Positions 51,445-63,782 of a stretch of DNA of 64,000 bases are shown here, piece after piece. Under the pieces are notes generated by a model that was not told the origin of the DNA, did not search any database, and was given only the letters and a program-made list of their open reading frames with translations. Both the position numbers and the translations under genes were made by a program. Within the stretch, counting starts at the first letter, position 1; each line of letters begins with the position of its first letter. This stretch comes from Octopus sinensis (lineage: Eukaryota), in assembly GCF_006345805.1 (NCBI RefSeq), contig NC_043010.1:61194001-61258000 (forward strand). The letters run 5' to 3'.

Positions 51445-52376
51445 CACACACTCTTACGGAAGAGCCATCACTACTTTATGGGGGAAAGAAAGTGTTAGGA
51501 AATGGGTTGGTTTCTTTTATTAAATTCATTTCTTTCTTTAATGTATTCCTCTCTTTCATTTATCGGGAATTATAATTCTGAAACGTGAGGCGCAGTTTGG
51601 GATTAGTTGAATTTTCTCCGTTTTTACAGGGAGTTTTTCACCATGGCCTTTAATGAGGGGAAACTTTTTATGAAGAACTTCCCCCTCCCATCCGGACCGT
51701 TTTGGCTAATTTGTTTAGCTCGACACACTTAAAAAAATCACAGCAGAAGCCTTTTCGGTTAAAAAAAAGTCTTTTGAGAATATTTCGGTCCCTATAAAGT
51801 TTAAGACCCGTTAACGAAAAGAGAAAAAAGCTTAGCCTACTAGATGTAAGAAAGTGTGTAGAAAACGAAATATGAAAAGAAAGAAAAAATGTGCAAACGA
51901 ACATGGAGTGGGGAGAGGACTTTCGGAAAATTCACAAGATCCGATTTTCCCTCATAACTTTTAGGAAAATAGATATATATTTAAAAGGAAAAAAAAACAA
52001 CAAAACCGACCCAGTAAGCGCTGCTGAAACAGTTGCAATATTGTTGCAGTGGGACACTTGGGTTTCTTGTGGGACAGTGGTTCCCATCTGGGACTCGAAC
52101 TTTGATGGGTGAAGAGACCTTGTAAAGTATAATTACACACGAAGATATGAGCCATTATTCATTAATCATCTTTAATCTGATTGATACTAGGGTCCAGAAA
52201 CTGATGATTAAAGGGCAGTGGATGAATGTAAAAGAAAAAAAATTAAGGTGATGACGGTGTGGGGTTTTCTTTGTCGTTGCATCAACTTTTAGGGGAGCAG
52301 GCAGATTTTGGGTGGAAAATACCTGAGCTCCGTTGGGAAGTAAATATATCAACCAAGAATTGGAATTTACTTAGCA
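50600..52376 (+). repeat. Segmental duplication copy 1 (paralogue at about 61110-63030)
   Basis: Collinear blocks 50600-51385 vs 61110-62065 and 52070-52376 vs 62695-63030, with shared flanks. Confidence 0.85.
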
Positions 52377-52385
52377 CATGACATG

Positions 52386-52640
52386 TCATCATTATCATCA
52401 TCGTTTAACGTCCGTTTTCCATGCTAGCATGGGTTGGACGGTTCGACCAGGGTCTAGGAAGCCAGGAGGCTGACTCCAGTCTGATCTGGCAGTGTTTCTA
52501 CAGCTGGATGCCCTTCCTAACGTCAACCACTCCGTGAGTGTAGTGGGTGCTTTTTACATGCCACCGGCACAGGGGCCAGAGGAGGCTGGCATTGGCCACG
52601 TCTGGATGGTGCTTTTTACATGCCACCAGCACGGGTATCA
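52386..52640 (-). mobile_element. RTE-clade LINE 3' end
   Basis: Same tail family. Confidence 0.8.
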
Positions 52641-52857
52641 CAACTACAATTTCCATTTGACTTTTATTTTGATGTTGATTTTTATTTTTATTTTGAGGTC
52701 TCCTCAAGCGCAGCAGGTCACCCTACAATGCAAGGCCATCCTGCAAGCCAAGGTAATTTGAATGGGCTGGGGCTGGTTGTGTCATGTATAAATGAATATT
52801 ATATAGTCAGCACAAGATATTTAGTATGAATACTTTTCGTTGATATTAAACTAAATG

Positions 52858-54075
52858 CGAGGATGGGTTGTAAAGTTCCTAGGCTGACTCTGAAGGAGTG
52901 ATGCTAGAGCTGTGAAACATTGCATGCCTTAATTTCAACACTTCTTATTAATAACGGTATTATTTCTTTCCAGGTAAAATGGACAAAATTTGGCATCGTG
53001 GTGTTATCAAGTACCTGCAGAAAAAGGGTTTAGCCCCCAAGGACATTCATGCTGACATGGTTGCTACATTAGGGGATGATGCTCCAGCTTTATCGACAGT
53101 GCAAAAGTGGGCAGCGGAATTTCGGAAGGGAAGGGAAAATCTTGAAGATGATCCAAGGTCTGGACGTCCTGCAACTGCCACCACCGAGGAAAACATTGAT
53201 CGTGTTCACCACATGGTGATGGATGACAGGCAGTTGACTATAAATCAAATAGCCAATGCTATTAGGATATCCCGTGAGAGAGTTGAGAACATTCTGCATA
53301 AGGAACTTGGCATGTTGAAGGTTTCTGCTCGGTGGGTGCCACGTCTTCTGACATCTGATCAAAAAGACACCAGGTTGATCAGCTCACGGGAAAATCTGGC
53401 ATTGTTTGAGGCAGATCCAGCTGATTTCCTTGAACGTTTCCTAACCCAGGGTGAGTGCTGGGTTCATCATTTTGAACCTGAGACAAAGGAACTTACCTCT
53501 CCACCTGCACCAAAGAAGGCCAAGAATATTTCACCTGCAGGGAAGGTGATGGCCTCAGTTTTTTGGGATGCAAAAGGCATTGTGTTTATTGACTATCTTC
53601 AAAAGAGGCATGCCATCAATGGAGAGTACTATGCCAACTTGCTGAGGCAGTTAAAAAGGGCTTTGAAGATCAAACGCCCAGGGAAACTGGCAAAAGGGGT
53701 CTTGTTTCATCAGGACGATGCTCCAGCACACAAGTCCTTGGTTTCAATGGCTGTTGTGCGTGATTGTGGCTTTGAAGTGGTTGATCACCCTCCTTGTTCT
53801 CCCGATTTGGCCCCATCTGACTATTATCTGTTCCCCAACATGAAAAAACACTTGGCTGGGAAGCAGCATCGCAGTGATGATGATGTCATGTGTGCAGTTG
53901 ATGACTTTTTTAACCAACGGGATGAAAGTTTCTTCACCAATGGGATCCAAGCACTTCAACACCGATGGAAGAAGTGTGTGGACCGTGAGGGGGACTATGT
54001 TGAAAAATAAACCTCATTTGGTCACATTCCATGAGAGTGTGTTGGTCAGCCTATGAACTTTTCAGCTAACCCTTT
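52858..54075 (+). mobile_element. Full-length mariner (DD34D family, irritans-like) DNA transposon
   Basis: 31-bp imperfect TIRs at 52858-52888 and 54045-54075 (8 mismatches); TA after the right end, TG before the left end; encloses the transposase ORF. Confidence 0.93.
52979..54010 (+). CDS. Mariner transposase, intact ORF but probably catalytically dead
   Basis: 343 aa with HTH region, RSGRP, WVPRLL, HQDDAPAH and SPDLAPSD (34 residues between the second and third Asp). The first catalytic Asp reads G (FLTQGECW). Confidence 0.88.
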   Translation: MDKIWHRGVIKYLQKKGLAPKDIHADMVATLGDDAPALSTVQKWAAEFRKGRENLEDDPRSGRPATATTEENIDRVHHMVMDDRQLTINQIANAIRISRERVENILHKELGMLKVSARWVPRLLTSDQKDTRLISSRENLALFEADPADFLERFLTQGECWVHHFEPETKELTSPPAPKKAKNISPAGKVMASVFWDAKGIVFIDYLQKRHAINGEYYANLLRQLKRALKIKRPGKLAKGVLFHQDDAPAHKSLVSMAVVRDCGFEVVDHPPCSPDLAPSDYYLFPNMKKHLAGKQHRSDDDVMCAVDDFFNQRDESFFTNGIQALQHRWKKCVDREGDYVEK

Positions 54076-54108
54076 TATTATATTCAGCTGACCATTTTAT
54101 TATATTCA

Positions 54109-54493
54109 GCAGGAGTGGCTGTGTGGTAAGTAGCTTGCTAACCAACCACATGGTTCCGGGTTCAGTCCCACTGCGTGGCATCTTGGGCAAGTGTCTTCTA
54201 CTATAGCCTCGGGCCAACCAATGCCTTGTGAGTGGATTTGGTAGACGGAAACTGAAAGAAGCCTGTCGTATATATGTATATATATATAAGTGTGTGTGTC
54301 TGTGTTTGTCCCCCTAGCATTGCTTGACAACCAATCCTGGTGTGTTTACGTCCCCGTTACTTAACGGTTCGGCAAAACAGACCGATAGAATAAGTACTGG
54401 GCTTACAAAGAATAAGTCCCGGGGTCAATTTGTTCGACTAAAGGCGGTGCTCCAGCATGGCCGCAGTCAAATGACTGAAACAAGTAAAAGAGA
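54109..54493 (+). mobile_element. SINE family A (well-preserved full-length copy)
   Basis: A and B boxes, CTTGGGCAAGTGTC core, internal (TA)/(TG) tract, GTAAAAGAG tail. Confidence 0.9.
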
Positions 54494-54699
54494 GTGAATA
54501 TACAAAAATTCATTTCATGTTTCCATTTTGGTTTTTAAGTTTGTTTTCATAATTTACTCCTGAGTGAATTTTCCATTGATGTCCAAGATTATGGCCAGCA
54601 ATTTTAGTGAATTTTAATTTGGAAACCCTGCTGCTTCTCGTTTGTTCAAACGAAAGGATTGTATGGTGGCATTGAATGCTCTTGATAATCTAGCAAAAC

Positions 54700-56010
54700 G
54701 GAAAACAATAACTTGAGCCATGAAGTATGAAATCTTAAATGAACACAAAACCGGAGGAAGTGTTAAAGAATTAGCCTTAAAATTTCTTTTAGGATTTTAA
54801 TGGATAAAGAAAAATATTTGAATGAAATTAGAAGGACATATTCATTAGAAATGATGAGGGTGTGTAAGAAAGAGGTGGTCAGCCTCATTGGTCACACAGA
54901 AGAGCTTTTATCAGTAACAATTAAATATGCCGAGAACAGAGTCTGTTATTTGTGTTAAGGCCTTGTCTGTTTTCAAGACACTTAAACATATGAAAGGAGG
55001 TCAATGTAAAGAAACTTCTTGTAAGCAATGGCTGGTTTCATTGATAAGAAAAAAACAAAACCAGTTGGTTGGCATCATGTAAAAATGCAAAGAGAAATTG
55101 CAAATTTTGATATTGAATCAATAGAGTTCTTCCCAAAGAAACGAGAAAATATGGTTATATTCCCTGAAATTTTTCAATGTAGATGAAACAAGTCAGTTTT
55201 GGAAACACATACCAAAAAAAAAATACTTCCATTGCAAAAGAAAATCTGCAAAGCAAGGTTTTAAAATAGATAATGACTGTTACTGCTGCTTGGAGGTAAT
55301 GCAGTAGGGGACTATGTTAAAAGCATTGCAGGGGCCCTTAAAGGGCTCCATAAGAGCTACCTTTCTGGTCATTTAGAGAAGAAGAAAATAAAGATACTTG
55401 GATTACTTCACTGTTTCAAGACTGGTTTTCACATAATTTTGTATTGGAAGTTAAAATATTGTAAAGACAAAAATATTCCATTCCCTGCATTTCTGGTTGT
55501 TGATGATGCTCTTTGCCATCCACAATCTGTGCAGCGGAACCATCCAAATATTAGATCTATTTTTATGCCACCAAATATGTCACTTTTACAACCAGTGGAT
55601 CAAGGTATTGCAATATTTAAGGCGTATTATATTTGGCACACATCTGATCACTTAATAAACACCATTGATAAGGAAAGGAGGTTCATCTTTAACCCTTTCG
55701 TTACCATATTTCTGCTGAGATGTTCTGTGTTTCTTTCAATTACTTTTAAATATAACAAAGAATTTAGTAAAATAACTTGGTTATCATTCAGCTAGTGTTA
55801 GGAATGTAAATTGTGACTAAGGTTTGGTGGAAGATTTTAATTCAAAATTTGTGAAAACAAGACATTTGTACTCAAAGCCAGAGCTGGTTTCAGCCAGGTT
55901 GGTAATGAAAGGGTTAAAAGAAGTTTAGGGATCATTCAATGTTTTGGATGCTGTTGAAATAATTAAAAATGCCTGGAACAGCATTGCAGAGAAAACTATG
56001 TGAATGGAAC
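54700..56010 (+). pseudogene. Decayed Tigger/pogo (CENP-B-type DDE) transposase, interrupted by a MITE
   Basis: Fragments translate to IFNVDETS-FWK, LLLGGNA and FLVVDDALCHP...FMPPNMSLLQPVDQGIAIFKAYY; resumes after 55917 (DAVEIIKNAWN). Confidence 0.8.
55693..55913. mobile_element. About 220-bp piggyBac-type MITE nested in the Tigger remnant
   Basis: TTAA TSDs at 55689-55692 and 55914-55917; 14-bp TIR CCCTTTC(G/A)TTACCA with one mismatch. Confidence 0.85.
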
Positions 56011-56077
56011 TCGTGTGGCTATCTGTCATTCGTTTGTGTCCTGCTGTTGTCTTGATGTTCTATGTCGCAATCTATAT

Positions 56078-56272
56078 CAATGATTCTCAACTGGGGTCCA
56101 CAGAAGATCTGCAAGAAATTGGTCATGCTTTTACAGTACACAAAACATTTTAACACCCTTTTTATGCAGTTCCTAATAATATAGTAAGATTTTTTATATA
56201 CAGGAAATGGCCATGGAAGTCCATTGGAGTAAAATAGGAATGAAAGAGGTAAATAATGATTGAGAACCACTG
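56078..56272. mobile_element. Possible hAT/Charlie-type MITE
   Basis: Ends CAATGATTCTCAAC and GATTGAGAACCACTG resemble CAGTGGTTCTCAA TIRs; no clear TSD. Confidence 0.4.
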
Positions 56273-57004
56273 GTTTGTCTGAAAATATGCTTCACCATTG
56301 AGCCATTCATTGTTGAAAGCCCTAGAGGCTGCCCCTTGGCCAATTCTATAATATTGACCAGGGTATTTTTAGGGTGGGCTGGAGGTTTTGTTATTATTTA
56401 ATGAAACAAATTACAGAAAATGCAATCTTTTTATATCCTAATCATTTTATGTCTTCCATACTGGATGGTTCAACAAGACTTGATGTGTTGGAGGGCCACG
56501 TCTTGCTCAAATGTTTGTTTTGACCAGGTTTCCTAACATGAACCACTTTGCATAGAATTCTCAGTGTTGGTGCTGAGGGAAGAAAACAAGTGAAAGAGCA
56601 ATTTGAGGGCTCAGGAGACAGGATAAGGATTGTGGGGTCAGTTGATCAGGGGTAGGGTTGATCCAGTGTTATCCCATAGCAGAGGTGACAATGAACTGGA
56701 GAAGCTAACGAGAGGGTCAATGGAAGAACGATAGTAAAACTGAGGAGTGGATAAGAGCATCTTGGCTGTCAACTTGTTTCGGTGTTCTCTCTGTCAGACT
56801 TGTTTGATGTAAGGTTTTCTCCTGCCCTGCATGTCTCTTGTGCTCCCTTGTCATTTCATCTGTGAAACTCAGTATTTTGAGACCAGTTTTCACTACTATG
56901 TCCCATGTCTTCCACAAGTCCTATTTGTTTGGAGCAGCCAACACTTTTTAATACAACTGTCGTTAACCAGGGTCATCTTAATGGCACACATGAAAAAACA
57001 TTTG

Positions 57005-57285
57005 AGCTAGGTCGTTGCCAGTGCCACTGGACTGGCTCCTGTGCAGGTGGCACGTAAACAACATTTGAGCGTGGGTGTTGCCAGTACCACCTGACTGGCC
57101 CTCGTGCCAGTGGCATGTAAAAAGGACCCATTACACTCTCGGAGTGGTTGGCATTAGGAAGGGCATCCAGCTGTAGAAACTCTACCAGATCAAGATTGCA
57201 GCCATCTGGTTCACCAGTCCTCAGTCAAATTGTCCAACCCATGCTAGCATGGAAAGCGGAGGTTAAACAATGATGATTGATGATG
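57005..57285 (+). mobile_element. RTE-clade LINE 3' end
   Basis: Same tail family. Confidence 0.8.
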
Positions 57286-58476
57286 TCATCTATGTGCATC
57301 CCATGGCTATCAATCAGTACATTCCTCTCTTCTACATAACTTCTGGTTCCCAGTTTCACTCTTGTATTCCCTCCTCCAGGCACACTAGCATCATCCTTCA
57401 GGTACAGCATCCTTGCTTTGTTTCTAGTCTTCACAATTTCCCTGCATTCAAGGTCCGTGTCTTATGATTGTGCAGCATTGCACTTAGCACACACCAGCGT
57501 CATACAATCTGCCCTTCACTCTAAAGGAGAGTCGCTGTTGGCAACTAAGGTCGAGGCTGACCTTAAGCCGATTCCTTCCAATCGGGCCCTGCGCTCAAGA
57601 GGTCCACATTCGATACTGCGACATTTCATAAAGGTAGTCTCCCTGAAGTCTTTTAAAAAAAAGAGAAAAAAACATATTTTCTAGACTTTAGTGACACCAG
57701 ATATCAAAAGATAAACCCATTCATCCAAAACTGCTGGGGTCAGCCGCTGAGTTTGAAGAAATTTATTGAATTTTTAGTGTAAGGGTCAATGTGTTATGTT
57801 TGTTTGGGAGTATTTATGGGGATGTTTGGGTAAAATATTTGTGTGTCTGTGAGAGTATGTATGTGTGCGTATGTTCGTGTGTGTCAGTTTCTATAAATAT
57901 GTTTAATTTTGGGGAAACTTTTATTTCATTAAAGTTTATTTTATATATAATAAATAAAAAATACACGTTAAGTACAGAACTTATCTCTCTGTGTTTATTC
58001 TTCATTCGTTGGTGATGTTTTGTTTATCTTTTTATTTTTATAATCAAATGCCATGCAGCCTTGTCCGCAGTATGTATGTATATATCGCCTTGACCTTCGA
58101 AACGTGGAGTAGATGAAACAAAGGGGAATTTTCCTTATTTTGTATGTCCTGTACTCTATTTTTTCGTTGTTTAAGAAAAATGTCCATTTCCTTGGTTTTG
58201 TGTTTATGTTTTCGTTTCTCATTGTGTTCAACGTTTTTTTGGTGTCCTGTACCCATATATGCATGTATATATATACATGTAGAGATAGGTACATACATAT
58301 ATGTATGTATATATGCATATGTTATATTTATTTATTAATTTGTTATATGACGGAACGCACGCATCCATTTCTAAGTAAGATTGTTCTTAGTATTTATATT
58401 TATGTGTTTGTATATGTTTAATTTTGTGGAAACTTTATTATTTCAATAAAGTGTATTTCATGTGTGTGTGTGTGTG

Positions 58477-59008
58477 TGGTAAGTAGCTTGTTTACCAACC
58501 AGATGGTTCCGGGTTCAGTCCCACTGCATGGCACCTTGGGCAAGTGTCTTCTACTATATTCTTGGGCCGACCAAAGCCATGAGTATATTTGGTAGATGGA
58601 AACTGAAAGAAGCCCGTCGTATATATATGTGTGTCTGTGTTTGTCCCCCCACTGATGTTGGTGTCTTTATGTCTCTGTAACTTAACGGTTTAGCAAAGGA
58701 GACCAATAGGATAAATACTAGGCTTACAAAGAATAAGAACTGGGGTCAATTTCTTTGACTAAAAGCAGTGCTCCAGCATGGCCACAGTCAAATGATTGAA
58801 ACAAATAAAAGAGTATATATATATATATATATATATACATATATATGATGGGCTTCTTTCAGTTTCCGTCTACCAAATACACTCACAAGGCTTTGGTCAG
58901 CTTGAGGCTATAGCAGAAGACACTTGCTCAAGATGCCACACAGTGGGACTGAACCTAGAACCATGTGGTTGGTAAGCAAGCTACTTACCACACAGCCACT
59001 CCTGCACC
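58477..59008. mobile_element. SINE family A pair: + copy 58477-58815 and - 5' half 58847-59008
   Basis: The two heads are reverse complements. Confidence 0.85.
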
Positions 59009-59298
59009 TATGTCACACAGTATATATATGCATATTATAATCATCATTTAACGTCCGTTTTCCATGCTGGCATGGGTTGGATTGTCTGACAGGCCAACGA
59101 GCCAGGGGCTACGTCTGGTTTGGCATGTTTTTTCTTGTGGCCCTTCCTAACGCCACGGACTTTATACCATGGACTGAGTGCTTTGATGTGGCATCGCATG
59201 GTAGCATAGTTTCAACAGCTGGATTTTTATATTTTTACAATTCTATAGCCCTTGGTGCATGTTGACTGGGAACCCGGGGCCTGCCAAAGTTGTTCCCA

Positions 59299-59600
59299 AT
59301 TGGGGCCCCGCACTGATTGAGGTAGTAGATTCCTGAACTTATTCCACCCTGTTCATACCCTGGATACAATGCTCTCAGAGCACCCACCTTGGTTATAGAA
59401 ATCATTGGCTACTTCTAAGGATCCTTCTGGATTGTTGATAGGTTCTATTCCAAAGGAATATTCTAGTACACCTGCCACCTGTGAAGGTGTTAGCTTTGCT
59501 GTTAGTCCACCTGTGATCTCACTACACCTCTTGCTTACCCTGGGTATCCTGTATGGAATTCACACCTATTCCTTTTCTGCATATTAAGCACAGCCATTTC
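59299..59600 (-). pseudogene. Internal RTE-clade RT fragment
   Basis: Minus strand gives ICRKGIGVNSIQ...KRCSEITG and GGCSESIVSRV*TGWNKFRNLLP, typical of the RTE RT C-terminal region. Confidence 0.7.
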
Positions 59601-59689
59601 CCCGATGGTAGCAGTCTTGTCTTATAATTTTGATATATAAGTATTAAATATATATATATATTGTGTGTGTGCGTAACTGAGTTGTCTCA

Positions 59690-60260
59690 TCATCGTTTAA
59701 TGTCCGTTTTCCATGCTAGCATGGGTTGGACGGTTCAACCGGAGTCTGGGAAGCCAGAAGGCTGCGCCAGGCCCAGTCTGATCTGGCAGTGTTTCTACAG
59801 CTGGATGCCCTTCCTAACGCCAACCACTCCATGAGTGTAGTGGGTGCTTTTTACGTGCCACCGGCACAGGTGCCAGGGGAGTCTGGCAAACGGCCACGAT
59901 CAGATGGTGATTTTTACATGCCACCGGCACGGGGGCCAGACAAGGCTGGCAACAGCCACAATCGGATGGTTCTTTTTACGTGCCACCGACACGGAGGCCA
60001 GTCGGGGTGGCGCTAGCAACGGCCACATTTGGATGGTTCTCTTATGTGCCACTGGCACTGGTCCACATGTACACACATCTTTATCACCATTTAATGAGTA
60101 TTTTCCATGTTAGCATGGGTTGGACGATTTGACAGGAGCTGGCAATTTAGAAGACTGTGCCAGGCTCCATTGTTTTGGGTTGGTTTCTACAGCTGGATGC
60201 CCTTCCAATGCTAACCACTCCAAAGAGTGTACTCGGTGCTTTTAACATAGCACCAGTACA
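59690..60260 (-). mobile_element. Two RTE-clade 3' ends (about 59690-60060 and 60095-60260); a + copy lies at about 60585-60715
   Basis: Same tail family. Confidence 0.75.
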
Positions 60261-61109
60261 GATACTTTTTATGTAACATACACACACACACACATTGTCT
60301 GCTGAGGTTCAGTGTATTATATCTAACAGATTACAATATCATTAAATGTATTTCAGTTGAAGTAAATAGGAGTTGAGAATATCGACTTACTTGAACAAAG
60401 ATCAACAACATCTTGTTCAGTTGACTTGACATTTATTTTTTCCAAACAGCATAATGTTATAGTTTGACCCCTCCCCCACAAATCTTTTATGAACTCTAGT
60501 TGAGAACCATTGTTGTAGAAGAAAGAAAGAGAAACCTATTTATGGCATAGTGACAGTTCACTCTGTAAGGGGGCTGGTGTTAACGAGGTCATCCAACGGT
60601 AGAAACTAGGCCAAAACAAACAATGGGGCAGTCCTCTGGTTTGCCAGCTCCTTTCGAATCATCCAACCCATCCATGCCAGCATGGAAAACGGACGTTAAA
60701 CGACGATGATGATGTTTATCAAGACACATGAGTGAAAGCAGACTTCCACACTCAATAAATTCTGTTATTTAATTATATTAATTCTTATTGTATTCTAAGA
60801 AGATATGTTTCTGTACGTATGTAGGACTGCTGCTGTTGTTGTTGTTGTTAAGCAACAAGCCGGGTAAGGGTGATTAGGTGATGGTCTAGGACTTAGGGGC
60901 TGGAGACCCCAGACCTTGGAAGGAAAAAAAACTTCGGTCGTCTTGTTGTCGAGGGCTCTTCTTTGACGCCCGACACCACTAGGAGGTGGCCCGTGAAGTC
61001 ACTGGAAATGGAGGTCTCCAGGTCCAAATTCTTGAACGGCTGCTGAACTGTTTGTCATAGTATTGACTGTTATTTTATTCCCCAATTCTTCGACGGAAAC
61101 TCAGAACAA

Positions 61110-63030
61110 TGCTTCAAAACATTTTGTCCATTCTCCAACGATTCAACAAATCATCCACTGCTTTTAATACCGTCTAATATTTTGTTTGTTTATCAGTTAC
61201 TTCGCTTTGTGTCTTCCGTAATCGAGAGTACATTTAATCGCTTAGCGTCTTCCATATATTTCATCTACGCGCCTCAAAACTGTTTTTTCTTCCTCAAAAC
61301 AAATATTTCCTCATTTGTCGACTTCGGTTCCAACCTTTGCTGTTCCGTTTTACATTTTTATTATAAATTCAAAGCCATTGAATTGCTTTGTTTTTAATTG
61401 AAGGTAAGACCATCCTTTCCTGGTTCATTATACACACTTGTTTACGATATTTCTGTGCTTTAATTTCCAATTTATTTCTGTTTATTTATTCCCATTCATT
61501 TCCAGTTTTATTGCCGTACAACTACGAAATATTTTTGGCTTGAAAATATCCTCAGCTTGCTTTTATTAAAACCTGTCTCTTCTAAATTTACTAAATTTAT
61601 TAACAAGTGAAATGAATACAGCAATATTGGGGCCCCGCACTTCCTAAGGCCAGCTCTGATCGAGGTAGTAGATTCCTGAACTTATTCCACCCTGTTCATA
61701 CCCTGGATACAATGCTCTCAGAGCACCCACCTTGGTTATAGAAACCATTGGCTACTTCGAAGGATCCGAATACTTCTATGCTGAATACAGCATAGTTGTA
61801 GTTTAGCTGGTTAAATTCTTCCCCGACGAGGGTCTGTCCCCTGGTCACCCAGTCTACTCAAAATAGCAGCTAAATCCACTTCACATCAAACTTACCACTT
61901 TAAAGATAATGTAGTCCTCGGCATATTTCTGAAATGACAGGGTGGTCAAGACTGGACCGCTTTTGATTGTAGATCTGCTCCATCAGGACTCGCTTGCTTA
62001 AACAGCTGATATTTACAACACGTGTTCCTTTACATTTATAGAAACAGTTATTTTTGCGTGTGTGTATTACTTCCTAAAAAATTAAAATTGTTATCTTTCT
62101 GTCCCCTAATCTGTCTGAGCTAGTGTTTTCGATATCCTTCGCTAGTTTCATGGTGAGTAGTTTTAAATGATTTTAATTAGATCCCCCAATGATTTTAATT
62201 AGATCTATCAATTATTTCTGAATAGCCATCACAGTGAAATGGTGTGCTCTGACCCTTGCAGGAGTCTTACTTAGTTTTGCTGTCGTAATGTAGAGCTATT
62301 TCTCGAGTAATATCGAACGTGGTGTGGTGGTGCTCAACTTTTCTCTCGAATCACAAAATTAAAAACAATTCATAAAGGTAAGCGAAGTCGAAATTGGTTG
62401 ACCTTTTTGGTGTTATTTGCTCTTATTGCTATGTCTTAATTTATTGTTATGATAATATAGGTGTTTTTTATAGCTGTTTATTTAGTAAATTTGGGGACTG
62501 ACTGTATATAATCAACTGTTTTCATTGGGATTGATGGAAATTTATAAAAGGTGTCACCAAAAAACAAAAACGAAATGTATTAGAATTACAGAAGTTACGT
62601 TCCGAGTTTTAGAAATTTCGTTCCAACGTTACAAGTAAAATGTTACCGAAACGAAGTCATAATGTTGTCGCTGTGAAACATTTAGATCTTTTATGGGACA
62701 GTGGTTCCCATCTGGGACTTGAACTCTGATGGGTGAAGTGTTTGTTTGATTTGAGACCTTGTAAAGTATAATTACACACGAAGATGTGAGCCATTATTCA
62801 TTAATCATCTTTAATCTGATTGATACTGGGGTCCAGAAACTGATGATTAAAGGGCGGTGGATGAATGTTAAAGAAGAAAAATTAAGGTGATGACGGTGTG
62901 GGGTTTTCTTTGTCGTTGCATCAACTTTTAGGGGAGTAGGCAGAGGTCGGGTGAGAAACACCTGACCCCCGGGAAACACTCGGCCTCCGCTGGGAAGTAA
63001 ATTATCAACCAAGAATTTACTTAGCACGTT
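61110..63030 (+). repeat. Segmental duplication copy 2
   Basis: See copy 1; carries an extra 158-bp insertion at 61624-61781. Confidence 0.85.
62250..62383 (+). promoter_or_regulatory. Candidate non-coding exon ending in a strong donor
   Basis: CpG-rich context; AAG|GTAAGC with GT at 62378. Confidence 0.3.
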
Positions 63031-63084
63031 TATAAAACAATTGAAGTTCAGTTTAAAGTTTATAAATAAATACATTTCATGTGT

Positions 63085-63098
63085 AATGTATACACATG

Positions 63099-63138
<40 letters not shown>

Positions 63139-63720
63139 GTATACACATGTATATATTATATATATATGTATACACATGTATAATATATATATATATGTAT
63201 ACACATGTATATTATATATATATATATGTATACACATGTATATATATATATATATGTATACACATGTATATATATATATATATGTATACACATGTATATA
63301 TATATATATATGTATACACATGTATATATATATATATATGTATACACATGTATATATATATATATATGTATACACATGTAATATATATATATATGTATAC
63401 ACATGTATATATAATATATTGTATACACATGTATATATAATATATATATATATGTATACACATGTATATATATATATATGTATACACATGTATATATAAT
63501 ATATATATGTATACACATGTATATATAATATATATGTATACACATGTATAATATATATATATATGTATACACATGTATATATTATATATATATATATGTA
63601 TACACATGTATATATATATATATGTATACACATGTATATATATATATGTATACACATGTATATATATAATATATGTATACACATGTATATATATATAATA
63701 TATATATATATATTATAATA

Positions 63721-63751
<31 letters not shown>

Positions 63752-63782
63752 TATAATATATATATATATATATACATGTATA
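63085..63782. repeat. Minisatellite of ATGTATACACATG separated by variable (TA)n
   Basis: Direct inspection. Confidence 0.95.

Noticed and set aside
52201-52230. CTGATGA as another hammerhead core (also at about 62838)
   Set aside because: No stem II followed by GAAA.
52979-54010. Active autonomous transposase
   Set aside because: First catalytic Asp is Gly and the TIRs are degenerate.
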